Counted from the first letter of the whole stretch, positions 50,702 to 62,751 are shown. The stretch: DNA of 62,751 bases, filler included, from Sphacelaria rigidula (GCA_964200075.2; 6 parts of 6 records of this genome joined end to end with filler, not necessarily neighbours in it), one strand, 5' to 3'. Notes: generated by a model not told the origin, from the sequence alone. Program-made: numbers and translations.

Positions 50702-52277
50702 TGTCATGAAGACAAGCAGCATCGATCTTTCGATGTTTGGATTATTGGATAACGGGTCTGATCGGAGGGTCAGATATAGTGTGTACACCTATAAAAGGGT
50801 ATCATTAGAGCTTGAGACAGCACAGCACATGGAAGCCACTGCTGAGCTCCCCAGGAAAAAGCATCTGACTGTTGCCTGATTGGTGAGACACAAGAGTGGA
50901 AAAGCGTTGAGCAAGAAGAAAGTGAGCAACAAGAAGAGCATATCTTAAACAAGAGCTTTGAGTCAAGTAGTTATCAACCTATTGTGCGTGAACCCGTCAC
51001 GAGTTGTATCCCAGACAAGTGATTGCACTGTTGCGCTTAGTGTGTTTCTGCACTACAGCGAGGGTTTCTGTGATAAAGCTTTACACCTCGTGACACTTGG
51101 CGTTGACTTGGAGTTTCTACTTCGTTAGCTTTGATACCTTTCACCTTCCTAGTACCCTTGCTTTCTTGTTTTCTTGTGCTTTCTTTGCGTTTGCGTTATC
51201 CCCTCCGTCGGACTACTGTCAGATTGTGTTTCATTTACTCTCGTGCAGTTTTGCTTTTCCGGCAGCGTCTTGTTTTTACAGTCTACTTTTTGTGCACGTT
51301 CCCCGTACAGCCCTTTGCCTTCCCCCGTGGCAACCCTTCTTAGCACCTGTCCTTGGTCTTTTCCTCTTTGTGCACTTGTACCGTGTTCGCTCACCTCTCG
51401 CAGCGTACGCTATCTTCCCCTTTGACTGTACTGTGCGCTCTTTTGCGTACACCTAGCCCTCGTACTGTAGATCTGTCCCTACATTCTGTAGTCCCCCAGG
51501 TCTTTCGTCCGGCGTTCATATCTCCTGGTTTTTCTTTTCCCTCTGTTCACCCCGCCTGGCGATACCGTACGTCGCCGCCGTTTGGTCAGCCTTGCTGCCA
51601 CTCACATTACCCCCACGTACAGCAGTCGTGTAGACCCCCCTGCAATTACTGTCGATTCCCTCGCTCGTCTTGTTTCTCCCAGACACCGCACGCTCTCTCA
51701 ATTCACGAGCTGCTGTTTTCTCGTTTTCGTGCTCTCTTCGGGCGTGACCTTGATTCGTGGTCTTCTACTGCGGCCCTATATTCTCCCCTTACATTTTTGT
51801 CACAAAAGTTACAAACGAACACCACAGACCTCAGGCTTGCGTTCTAGCTTTGGCTCTTGCTCTACGCTCTTTTTCCCGTTGTGGTTACCCTTGATTGCAC
51901 ACATTTAAGATGTCTCAACGTCTTTCTGGCACGTCTTCACCTGGCGCGGGCAAGCTCTCGCCTCGTGTTACACGGAGTCAGGTCAAAGCGTTGTCCACTT
52001 TTGTTGACACTGGGAATGATTCCGATTCTGCTTTGCGAAAGCCACCGGCCTCCGCCGCTCGTGCACTTGCGATGCATGAACAGTCTGTTCAGCGTAACTC
52101 TCCTCCGCAGTTTTTCAGCTCCACTTCCGACCCCGATGAGGATTCCAACCCTTCTCCCTCATACCCGGGTTCCCCTCCTTCTGGTTCAACCACGTTGGCC
52201 CACCCTTCACCGACACGCGCTGTGTCCACCTTATCCTTTCAGCCCATGGATGCAGTGATTGAGTTCCCTGATACTGC
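50702..52277 (+). mobile_element. 5' end of an LTR retrotransposon (5' LTR 50702-51095, PBS, T-rich leader, probable gag start)
   Basis: TGTCATGA...TCGTGACA termini, internal TATAAAA, PBS-like TGGCGTTGAC at 51098-51107, and ORF MSQRLSGTSSPGAGKLSPRVTRSQ... running into the contig end. Confidence 0.75.
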
Positions 52278-52515
52278 NNNNNNNNNNNNNNNNNNNNNNN
52301 NNNNNNNNNNNNNNNNNNNNNTTAATTAATTAANNNNNNNNNNNNNNNNNNNNNNNNNNNNNNNNNNNNNNNNNNNNGGTGTCGGAGGTGGCCCTCGCCC
52401 CGGCCCCGCCGCGGTCGCGGGAGCGGACGCCGCCCGTCCCCACCCCCCCCGCGCAGCCCCCCCCCCCCCCCCCCCCCCGTCCGCGCTATAATGGACAACT
52501 CAGTGTCTCAGCTTT

Positions 52516-53472
52516 GTGAGGTGGCCTCCCTTTCTCCGGCGGCTGGAATTCGGGGCTCAATTCAACAGGGCGATCAGGGCTGCCCGGTGGCCCGCATCTC
52601 TGCAGTACCTGAGCTTCGGAGCTCAATTCAACAGGTCGATCGATGCCGTGAAGTGGCCTGATTCGCTCCTACAACTGACGTTCGGAGATGCACTCAACCA
52701 ACCAGTCCAAAAGTGCAAGTGGCCTCAAGGGCTCCGGCAGTTGACATTCGGAGAGCGCTTCAATGCGCCAATTGAGGGTGTGGTGTGGCCTGAAGGGCTG
52801 CAGCAGTTCACTTTCGGAGATAATTTTAACCAACCCATTGAGAAGGTTGTATGGCCTACGGTGTTGCCCCAGCTCATATTTGGGTACTACTTTGACCGAC
52901 CAATTCAGCGCGTGGTGTGGCCTTCATCGTTGCAGCGACTAACCTTTGGGCATACCTTCAATCAATCCATCGAGGACGTGGCGTGGCCTCCATCTCTTCG
53001 CGAACTGACGTTTGGGTCTTGGTTTAACCAGCCGATTCAGGGAGTGGAATGGCCTCCCTCGTTGCAGCACCTGGCCTTTGGAGCGTGGCTGAACCAATCC
53101 ATAGAAGGTGTCACATGGCCTGGTTCGATGCTGCGGTTGACGTTTGGGGACATGTTCAACAAACCAATCCAGCGTGCCACTTTCCCTGGTTCGTTGAAGC
53201 ACCTTACGTTCGGGCACGCATTTGACCAGCCAATCGCGGAGGTCGCGTGGCCAGCCGCATTGGTTAGTCTCACGTTTGGACGACAATTCAATCAGCCGAT
53301 CAAGTCCGCTCAGTGGCCGGCCGCACTGGATTCGCTGACTTTCGGGGATTGCTTCAACAGGCCAGTTGAGGGCGTGGTGTGGCCTGCCTCGTTGCGACTT
53401 CTAACAGTTGGGCAAGGCTTCCGGTATAGCATCGACTGTCGTGCGCTTTCTAATATGATGGTGACGTGGTGA
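52516..53472 (+). CDS. FNIP-repeat protein (about 14 x 22-aa repeats), 5'-partial
   Basis: Repeat consensus FGxxFNQPIxxVxWPxSLxxLT. Open frame to TGA at 53472. Possible CAG acceptor at 52509-52511. Confidence 0.92.
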   Translation: MRWPPFLRRLEFGAQFNRAIRAARWPASLQYLSFGAQFNRSIDAVKWPDSLLQLTFGDALNQPVQKCKWPQGLRQLTFGERFNAPIEGVVWPEGLQQFTFGDNFNQPIEKVVWPTVLPQLIFGYYFDRPIQRVVWPSSLQRLTFGHTFNQSIEDVAWPPSLRELTFGSWFNQPIQGVEWPPSLQHLAFGAWLNQSIEGVTWPGSMLRLTFGDMFNKPIQRATFPGSLKHLTFGHAFDQPIAEVAWPAALVSLTFGRQFNQPIKSAQWPAALDSLTFGDCFNRPVEGVVWPASLRLLTVGQGFRYSIDCRALSNMMVTW

Positions 53473-55181
53473 GCTGGGGAACGTGTGGCCAGGACTGATT
53501 AGTTCTGTCGTCGTTCTCGTGTAAAAATCCCCCTTCGGTCATTCATCGTGCGGCATATGGAAGCTGGTCGGGTTCTGTATCGTGCCAACCATTCTTAGAG
53601 AAAACGCCGCTGTACGCTCTAGCCGATCTATCTGTTAACTAGAAGGATATATATATATCTGTGTAAAACTGTGTGTAAAATAATTGGTTCGAGTGCTGTT
53701 GAGTTTGGAGGACCAGCACTTCATGCCAGGCGGTTAGGGTACACATTCAGTGCCATCCACATGCCTGTAATGAAGGCAGCACGAATTTGTAGCACAAAAT
53801 GCGGTGTAACCATCATCGCGCCTTGGAATCGACGGCGACCGTACCCGTTTTCAGCAGTTTTGTAGTGGTCACGTGTAACATGCTAAATGCCTATAAATTC
53901 TCTACTTGTGCATATTGTTGCCGTGTGAGGCTTACGCATGTCCATGTTGGTTGACGTACATGCCGGTCTATCTACCAAGTAGTTTTGCTGTGTGGTTATA
54001 TTCAGGGATGAAAAACATCCGATGCGATGATCTTCGGAATATGACATGGGATTATTTGGATTCAGTCACACCAATCCGACGAGTTTCGTTGGTGTTGCTG
54101 ATCTGGCGCTCCATATCGTTTTTTCCTTTTTTCGCTCTAGAAGAATGAGACAACCTCTCGTGGGACCCGTTCATAATAAGAAACGCGCCTGATTTTGAAC
54201 GAAATATGAAAAAACCGATCTTATGGAAACATGGCAAAGGATTTGAACACGCCTGACCCCGACAATTCTGACTCTTGATCAGCGGGCGGGTGTCTGATTA
54301 AAGTGAGAACCCCACTTAGAACCCTCGATCAAAATTAAGGAGCTGTTCAAAAGCAGGTAAAGAAGTAAGATTTATATGTACATGTACCATTTCATATTTT
54401 TCACCACTTTTGCCAAGTTTTCTCTGGCAGCGAGGAATTTTATCCCGCGTTTTCATCTGCAGCACACGGAGAAGGCTGAGCGGTACATTACCGTTCAGGT
54501 TTGGGTGTCATCTGATACCTATGGCGCGTGTTAAGGCCGCCGAAAGTCGCCGAAACTGGCTCTTTCTCGCAGGGTGTCGATTCCGAACCACAAACGCCTT
54601 TTCAAGACCGTGAAAAACTTCAAACAGGAACCCGGACCACAAAAGCCTGTTCATGACGGGATATTTTTTCACCGTAATTTTCTTTGCGTTCTCGTTGATT
54701 TGGGAGCACGAAGACAGCGGATATGCAGCGAATGTCACGAGAACATGAGAGCAAAGCAGTTGAAAACAGTTGAACATTGTCTTGGCCTTCATCTTCGCCC
54801 AGTTATGAATGAACGCTCGAAAAAACCCAGCAAACAAGCATCGTTTATGGTCCACTATATATGTGAGGGTTGGGAGCTGAACATTACCACATAAAAAATC
54901 TCGACAGTCGAAGATTATGCTCCTGTCGCGCGACCAGTGGGTAGTGCCACGGACCCTTGCCGGCGTACCTGGCACTGGGGGCGACATCCCGGTGCAGACA
55001 GTCCCATCACTACTGAGACGGCCGTGCAAAGAGGCCGGCAGCCGGAGTGGCTGTTGCAATGGTGTTCTTCTAGCGTTATCAGCTTAGAGTACGGCTGCAC
55101 AGGCTTTGCACGTGAATATTTCGGTGATTTTCTCACTTCCACGTCGGCCATGTGCTGTGGGTTATTTCACGATCTCACCAA

Positions 55182-55769
55182 GGGGTCTGTCAAAAATATA
55201 TTTCGGGACACGTAGGCCTCAAGATCGAAAAGTCGAGTTTTTGAGGGGGGGGGGGAAGGGTAAGGGGGGACACCCAGCCTGCCGTCCCCTAGTTCATTAC
55301 CGAGGCGTTCGCGGATACGATCAGCTGCGGGGTACGGAGGTCCTTGGCATGGAGACCGCTGAGATGACAGACTCACCGCCCTTTCAAGCTCACCACTTAC
55401 CATGACGACATTTATTCATGTGATCATGTTCCGTGTCGCGTGCCTCGACTTCCTACCACTAGTAGTCCAGGTAAATTTGGCGAGGCATGAGATGATGTTG
55501 CTACTTTGGCTACAGGCTGCTCGTGTATTGTGTATACATGTGTGTGAGCGTTGCCGGCATCCGAGGTCATCAGGACAGGGCGGGCAAGGAACAGAAGAGA
55601 TACACGAACTTCGCAAAGCCCGCCAGAATTTTCGGTTTTTGTCTGTGTTTGATGATCAATTTCTTTTCACAATTTCAAAAAACATGTAAAAAACCACAAC
55701 AATTTTCGAAAAATTGTCCTTCGGGAGGAGAGGGGCTCCGTGTCCAAAACGTTTCTCTCGGCAGACCTG
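55182..55769 (+). mobile_element. ~590-bp MITE, possibly PIF/Harbinger (Tourist-like)
   Basis: Imperfect TIRs GGTCTG.C.A.A...TTT.GGACACG, CAA/TAA flanks, second copy at 62167-62696. Confidence 0.65.
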
Positions 55770-56568
55770 TAATATGGAGCAAGCGGTAGTATAGTGCAAG
55801 GACACAGGTTGCAGTCCAAGGTACAGGCTCACAAGGCCAGCGGACAACAGTCAGGCTGGCACAGCTCTGCACACTGCTGAACACAGCTCAGCACAATATC
55901 AGACGGCTTCTCACGCAATAGGTTCTTCACTTCTCCGTGGTTATCTTGATTCTAACTCCAGTACCCACTCAATCAATCCAACCCAATCCAATATGTCTCA
56001 CCGATGATCATGCTTCTTCTGCTGGAAAGAAGTAGAGGAGCAGTTGGTGGTGGGGAGGATGGGCGAGCTATATTGGTTCCAGCAGATCTGGCTCGCCATC
56101 TCTTACCAATATACAAGCTCAAATTCGTACCCGACCAACTCTGAACAGACCTGCAATCTTGGCTACCGAAACTCAAGGAAGCGAATAGCCAGACTCGACA
56201 ACGGGTCTGAAGCGGCATGACAACAGGCTAATATGCGCCTTCATGACACTAAGCCATCCAGACGAACCTTCATTACAGCTGCGAGGATTTATCCTCAAAG
56301 CAGCGAAAACTAAGATTTTTCTTTACTCGTAAAGTCATGAGCGGCTAATAAAGCATATCTCAAGGAACACTCTCGTACCTAACATTCCCGTACCAACAAT
56401 CCTGTACCCACTCCCACACCTCAAAAGAAGGGAAGCATAGACTGCTTCGAGGAGCAGAAAAAACTGCTCCGAAACGCGGAAGCACAAACTGCTTCGGCGT
56501 GCTAGCGATCAACGAAGAAGCACAAATTGCTTCGGCGTCGTAGCAGAAGTTAAGGGGGAAAAGAGGGA

Positions 56569-56694
56569 GGTACAACAGGGGGCAGAGCTCTCACCTGGGG
56601 GAAGCCAAAGGTACAACAGGGAGCAGAGCTTCAACCTGGGGGAATCCAAAGGTACAACAGGGAGCAGGACTTCAACCTAGGGGAATCCAAAGGT
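56569..56694. repeat. 41-bp tandem repeat x3 downstream of the Gypsy pol
   Basis: GGTACAACAGGG.GCAG..CT...ACCT.GGGGAA.CCAAA at 56569, 56610 and 56651. Confidence 0.85.
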
Positions 56695-56938
56695 GCTAAG
56701 AACTGCAAGATCGGAAATCTGAAAATCAGTGATCCAGCGAGATCGAGCGCCAGTAGAAGGGGGTACAGTAGCTCCAGTAGTCGCAAGTAGTGGTCGTCAC
56801 AGTTATTCTTGATCGTCGTCCGATGTAGGTCGCACTGTTGTGGTGTCGTAGAAGAGGATCCTGGTGGAGAAGGAAGGGCAGACAATGCTTGCGGAAAAAA
56901 ATAGGGGTGGGGCAACAGTCGCGACAAAAAGGCGTGGT

Positions 56939-59900
56939 TCAAAGCGGGGCGTGGACGTCGTGGGTGTGGTCGATGTTGCGCTGGAGACCGCGACGAAGTC
57001 CTTTGGACTTGAGGCGCTGGAGACACCAGGATCTGCGTAGTGCAGATGGGCTGATGGTGTATAGCGCTGGCCGAAGCTTGAGCTGCATGGGTCCAGGGTC
57101 ATCGATGAAGCGCACGATGTATGTGTCGGCCGAAACCAGGTTAGCGGAGTGGGTCTGACCCAGCCACCAGAGGTTGTCGCTGCCTTTGAACCAAAGGTAG
57201 CTGCCCTTGGGCAGGAGTCGCTGATTCGCGAAGAATTTCGTCTTACAAGTCTTGGAGGGTACAAGTTCGTAACCATCGGCGACAAAGCGGAGTCCCTGAT
57301 TGCGGTGAAGTTCGCGGGCTGCTGCGCCACGGCGCATGTTGCGATATTTTCTATTGTGAGCAAGATGCTGATGTTGGGATTGCGTCCAGTACAGGAGGAT
57401 TGCACGGCGATGCAATTGCAGGTCGGATTCGCGTTCCCAAGACGCTCCCCGAAGACCGTGCCAGTGTGTCTTATACATGACAGCAAATCAGAGAGGTCTG
57501 AACAAAGTTGCTGACCATTGTCTGAAAGTAGTCGCTTGGGGCAACCATAGAGCTTCATGTAATCGTGGACAAGTATGTCGGCCTTTCCGGCGGCAGTGAA
57601 ACCTGCGGCGGTAACCGCGTACATGGACGCGTGCCGGCTAAAGCGATCAGTGAAGAGAAATATGTTGGTGTTGCCGCGACCTGTTGTCGGTACAAGGCCA
57701 AAGTAGTCGAAGGACACAAGGTGGCCGGGCTCGTCGGGGAGTTCCACAGAGAAGACAAGCCAGCGTAATGTCTGTCGTGAAGTTTTGCGGGTGTGGCATT
57801 TAAAGCATCGCCGAATCCAGAAGCGGGTTGAAATTTCCATGCCAACCCACCAGTAGAAGCGTTCCAAGAGCGCGAGGGTGCGGGTGACGCCAAGGTGACA
57901 TGACAAGTCTGTGTGGCAGCCTTTAATGACCCACGGGCACATTAATAATGGCACATATATGCGCGTTGGTTCGTCATCGAGTAGTCGTGCGGTGCGTCCC
58001 GTACTTGAGGCGGTAATTGCGCCTGTCAAAGCCGTGGGCCGACGTACGAGTAGTTGCACACCTTCATCCATAGTAAAAGGGTACCTTTACGCACGAGCTC
58101 GTATACGTCAGAAATAACCGGTGGTGACAGCGTCCCAACCAGGGCCAGAAGTGTGGACGGAAAAGGGATTGAACAGTCAAGTTGTAAGTACCGGATGGCT
58201 GCGCGACATAGCGGTTCTGCGTTTTGTTCGCGAGCCCAATTGCGGTGGGAGTAGCTGGCGAGAAACTCGCGTAGTTGACCTTCCGCTGGCGAGTCCACCA
58301 AACATGGTAGGGCAGGCGGCGGGGGAATAGGCGACGAGGCAGAAATGCCAACGTCAAAATCTGTCCTGGGAGCAGGAGACGAGTCGTCAGTTCCGTGCTC
58401 GGGGATAGGAGATGTTTGCGGCGCCCTTATTGGCGGCGGGGTTGTATCAGTGCGCGGCGGAGATTGCCCGCGGCTCATGGCGCACGGTGCAGAAGTTTTT
58501 GCGGAGCTTTGCGAGTTGGTCCGTGGGACTTGTGCTGGGTGGCTCATAGAGGTTGCAGGTGTGGTCGGTGGCGGCGGGGCACTCGGTGTGGTGCGGGCGG
58601 TAGACCGGGAGCGCGTGTTGTGGGAGATAAGGTGGGTGACTGGAGGTGTCTCCGCGAAGAGTTTCGCGCGAGTACCGGAAGTGCGAAAATCGACAAAATC
58701 GGAGGTTGTGGGCTTTAACCCATCCAAGACGGCGTCAAATGGTAGAGGGCGAGGTCCTCCCATATGCATACCGGGTTCCGAGCACTGGAGGTCGAGGGCG
58801 TAAACGGGCGTTGAAAAACGTCTAATCGCGTAAACTCCGGGTTCATCTGGTTCCGTTAAACGGCAAGCCGGGCTAGAATCTGCGGCCGTAGGCGGCAGAG
58901 GTAGACGGGAAAGAAGATCCGCGTTCCCGTTGGTTTTGCCTGGACGGTGCTTAATGGTATACTGGTATGCTGTCAGAAACTCCAACCATCGTTGTACACG
59001 AGGGTTGTGTTCACCAACCTTGGCAAGTTGTTCAAGTGCTCCGTGATCCGTATAGATCTCGAAGGGCACGTGAAACAGATATTCTCGTTGGCGCTTAATG
59101 GCCCAAGTGATTACTCCGCCTTCCAGTTCTAGCGGGCTCCATTTGACCTCGTTGGGCAGGGTAGCGCGGCTGATATACAGGATGGGTCGAGCAGAGCCAT
59201 CAACCTGAGGTTGATTCAAAACTCCTCCAAATCCATTGGTGCTGGCGTCAGTGTGGAGTTGGAAAAGGCGGGAGCCATCTTGTACCGCCTCCCAATCAGG
59301 AAAGCAAAACCGGGCTTTTCGGTGAGCATCTTAAGTAGTTGGCGGGTGATATTCTCCATTTCGGTGGTGAAAGAAAACACGGCTCCTTTCTTGAGTAGCT
59401 CAGTAAGGGGACGAGTCCGTTTAGATAAAATCGGCAAAAAAATTGCGGTAGTAGGATAGCCCGCCCAATAATGAGCGAAATTGAGAAATGCTAGTGGGCA
59501 TTGGCAAACCAGTCACCGCCTTGACTTTGTTTGTATCCAGATGCAGGCCCGCTGGCGAAATGGAATGCCCCAAAAAATCCAAGTCAGTCGCACGAAGGCG
59601 AGCTTAGGATGGAGACAGTTTCAAATCGTGCGTGCGTAGGCGAGAGAGAAATTCTCGTGAAGTGCGTATATGTGCAAGAGGTGAGGCATCAAAAGCGATA
59701 GCGTCATCCAAGTACCTGCTGATGTGCTCGAGGCCCTCGGTGACGCGTTGCATTAAGCGTTGAAAGCATCTCGGGGCAGTGGCGGCGCCTTGTGGCATTC
59801 GAAGCCACTCATAGAGTCCGGACGAGGTGCGAAAAGCCGTCAGTGGGACTATGTCAGGGTGTAAAGTATTCTGAAAAAATCCAGAAGCGACAGACCCTTG
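56939..59900 (-). mobile_element. Ty3/Gypsy pol pseudogene (RT, RNase H, integrase, chromodomain plus extension)
   Basis: RT MPQG...YLDD; RNase H ELEGG...IYTDH...NGNADLLSR; integrase CH...HLG...CFKC...SFDY...TDRFSR...SDNG; chromodomain YKTHWHGLRGASWERESDL. Frameshifts, and a deletion after SDNG. Confidence 0.93.
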
Positions 59901-60757
59901 ATCTCACCGCCTTATATGTGTGGAAATGTGATACACCCTGGAGAAGAGCTTTCTACAGTCAGTATAAAATTTTCAAGAATGTACTGCGCACAGTATGAAA
60001 GCTATTGCCTAGTGCGACGTGCGTAATACTCGTAGTGGGAACTGCGCGCAGTATCACCTCAAGACAGTGTAGAAATCTCCACGCGGTATGAATCGTTACA
60101 GCCCGCTTGCGCGCCATAGCGGCTGTGTTACCATACAGCTCTGCTCAAGATACAGGCGGAAATTAAGGCGGCAGAGGCGGCCTATCACGCCTGCTTGCGC
60201 AACCTAGGGCAAATGCACGCTTAACTGCAACACTGACTGCTGTATTAGATGTAGCGGAGCGAGGGGTGGTACACCACGTACACATAGACAGCAAGCAGTA
60301 TCATACATATACACTGCATACAAGCGTGATTTGAAATCCGTGCGCGCGGTGGGGCCAACATGTAGAGAACCCTGCACAAGTTCGCCGTGTACTCCCAGAA
60401 CGCGACTTTTTTTCAGTAGCAAGCACTTGCGATGATGTGTGCTGTGACGAGTCTCGTGAGTGATGGTGCTTTTTCCACCTCCGCACACGAGCTTTTTAAG
60501 CTGGAAGTGCCCACCCCTCTTTCCGTGATCATCTCCGTTCTCGGTCTGAGACGATTGAAACTGCGGAATATGTCAGTATCTACCGGAAGGTACATATTCT
60601 CCCACACAAATGCCTCCATAGCATGGAAATGGAATGACACTGATATATTTTCGACTTGCGTCACCCCCGGGAGGCCAGCACCAACCTCCCGAAGGGGAAC
60701 CTTGTATGACATACCAGATCATGATTTTCTTTACGGCAGCAAAAGACACATACACAA

Positions 60758-60969
60758 TGTAATGCGTGAGAGGACCGCGTGCTTAGAGGACCGCATCGGA
60801 ATTTGAACATCCTCATGGTTAGGGATAGGGTTAGGGTTAGTGTTGGGGTTATGGGCAGGGACGTGGTACCTGCAGGGACTGGCCCGACTGGTTTTGAAGA
60901 AACATCAATCCTGAGGTGTTTCGAACTACGGCGCGGTCCTCTAAGCACGCGGTCCTCTCACGTATTACA
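60758..60969. mobile_element. ~210-bp TGT...ACA MITE with internal TTAGGG-like repeats (copy 1)
   Basis: ~37-bp TIRs TGTAAT(G/A)CGTGAGAGGACCGCGTGCTTAGAGGACCGC; internal GGTTAGGGATAGGGTTAGGGTTAG. Confidence 0.8.
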
Positions 60970-61313
60970 CACACTCTCGCATGTGTTGTAGCTGTCACTG
61001 TACTGCGTGTGTTGAGACATTGCTGATACGTTTTTTTCTCCGCTGGGGTTACCTGAGCTGCTGTACTACCGTTGTATTTCGTCTGTACAAAGAAATCACA
61101 GTCGGCACGCAGTGTTGTTATTTCGCCAACGTTAAGAATGCCATTGTTCGCGGGTTTGCTAGACATTGTGTCCTTCTCAACAAACAATGCGATTCGTGCC
61201 CAGACGCATCTTCCCCGTGCTGTAGCTAACAGTGTAGTGTGGTGCGTTTGAACTGTGCGAGGACGGCTTGATCTGCGGTGGGCATTGCGTGTGCTGCTGA
61301 ACTGTTGTTGTGT

Positions 61314-61510
61314 TGTAATGCGTGGGAGGACCGCGTGCTTTATAGATCGCATCGGAATATGAACACCCCAGGATCAGCGTTTTATAAGACCACTCGGGCC
61401 AGGCCTTGCGGGGACCGCGCCCCTGACCTAGCCGTAACCCCAACCCTAATGAAAGGGGTATTTAAACTCCGACGCGGTCCAAAACGCGCACGGTCCTCCC
61501 ACGCATTACA
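61314..61510. mobile_element. Same MITE family (copy 2, opposite orientation)
   Basis: TIRs TGTAATGCGTGGGAGGACCG; internal CCCTGACCTAGCCGTAACCCCAACCCTAA. Confidence 0.75.
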
Positions 61511-62166
61511 GTCTCCCGATTTGTACGAAATTGGGGTGGGAACACAGTGCCGTCTGTATTCACGAAGTCGAAAAACTCATGCGAACTGTGCAGCCGTTGT
61601 GTGTCATTTGGGTGCTGCCGTCTAGGTCCAAAACTCCTCATTTCAATTGCGCCGTAAGACTTGTTCGAGCAATCCGAAGGGCTGTAAGGCGTGTAGTGAG
61701 TATCTGGCGTTCCGAAATGTTCCGAAAGGCTGCAAGAGCCATCATGCCGGCCACGCGATTCGTGATGGTGTCATATTTGAAGTAGGATCGATGGCAGGTG
61801 GGCTTGAATATGAAGGAAGGGCTGTCGATCGCAAGGTGAAACATCCCATCCTCAGTAGGTTCGACTTAACATGGCATCTATGACAGATTCCGTCTTCGAA
61901 CGCATAATCGATTTCGCGTGCAGCAGGAGACGGTAGGTGACCAAAAACATAGAGACCTCACGAAGTGATTTCGCCCACGCATAGATGCATCAAGTGGCGC
62001 GAGGTTCGCACTTTAGGCTGAAATCGGCCTTCGGGGATCGATCGATCAAGGGGTGACCCATCGACACAAAAGTGACCACATCAGGATCGTGTCTAGTTTG
62101 AGATCTGCGGCAGGTTCGACGTTCTCCTGTCGTCTGAATGCTGTGCGAAATTCCTGCTTGGTGACA

Positions 62167-62696
62167 AGGGTCTGTCCAAATGTTTTTCTGGACACGTAAG
62201 CTTCAAGATAAAACCCCCCAGTTTTTGAGGGGGGGGGAGACTGGGGGGGGGGGGGCAGTCAGCTGTCCCCTCATTTACTGTCGAAGCATTGGCAGGTGCG
62301 GTCAGCTACCATCGTTGGCATGGAGACCGATGAGATGGCGGACACGCCGCCCCCCCAAGCTCATCACTTACCATGATTACGTCTATGGGATCATGTTCCG
62401 TGTTGTGGGCCTCGAGTACCAACCAGTAGTCCGGGCAAATTTAGCGAGGCATGAGATAAAGTTGCTACCTTGGCTGCAGGCTGTCGCTACCGTGCGCTCA
62501 TGTGCACACATCTGTGTGAGGGTGGCCGGCATCCGAGGTCATCGGACAATAGATCAGGCAAGGAGTAGAAACAAACATACGAAGCTCGCCAAGCCCACCA
62601 GACGTTTCTGCTTTTGTCAGTGTTTCTTGATACAATTCTTCAACGTTATTGACGAACACGAAATCATGATATTTTTCGAAAAAGTGCCCCCCGGTG
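62167..62696 (+). mobile_element. Second copy of the 55182-55769 element, 3' end interrupted
   Basis: Collinear similarity (TTGGCATGGAGACCG.TGAGATG, CAAGCTCA.CACTTACCATGA, GCGAGGCATGAGAT, CCGGCATCCGAGGTCATC), followed by the short dispersed repeat at 62697. Confidence 0.75.
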
Positions 62697-62751
62697 CGGG
62701 TGGGGGGGCTGTACTCTTGATCATGCATGCCATAGCCATAAGACCATTGAC

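Noticed and set aside
10377-52377. Regular ~10.5-kb periodicity of TTAATTAATTAA within N runs
   Set aside because: Artificial all-frame-stop linkers between length-sorted contigs. No synteny can be inferred across them.
54574-55215. ORFs with a CxxC motif (ICSECH), and protein-like ORFs at 60413-60806 and 61531-61883
   Set aside because: No recognisable family and no consistent exon chain, so they cannot be supported without a search.

Overview
Eukaryotic, repeat-rich, intron-rich DNA, most likely a brown alga (Phaeophyceae). This is inferred from the GGAI/FxxN adhesin-like and FNIP-repeat genes, the intron style and TTAGGG-like repeats. The window is not one locus: six ~10.4-kb contigs (1-10376, 10477-20852, 20953-31327, 31428-41802, 41903-52277, 52378-62751) are joined by N44-TTAATTAATTAA-N44 linkers. 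Host genes are partial and multi-exon: a leucine-rich-repeat gene with two GC-AG introns, a low-complexity gene of unknown function, a polymorphic-membrane-protein/adhesin-like gene and an FNIP-repeat gene. Much of the rest is transposon-derived: five Ty3/Gypsy fragments, a tRNA-derived SINE family, piggyBac-, Stowaway/mariner- and Harbinger-like MITEs, foldback elements and minisatellites. Most notable: (1) a decayed Gypsy element carrying a C5-cytosine-methyltransferase-like domain between RT and integrase; (2) a TIR-bounded element made almost entirely of a 42-43-bp repeat-plus-variable-spacer array with a palindromic core; (3) Gypsy integrases ending in a chromodomain plus a Tudor/PWWP-like module. 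All calls come from manual reading; no database searches were run.
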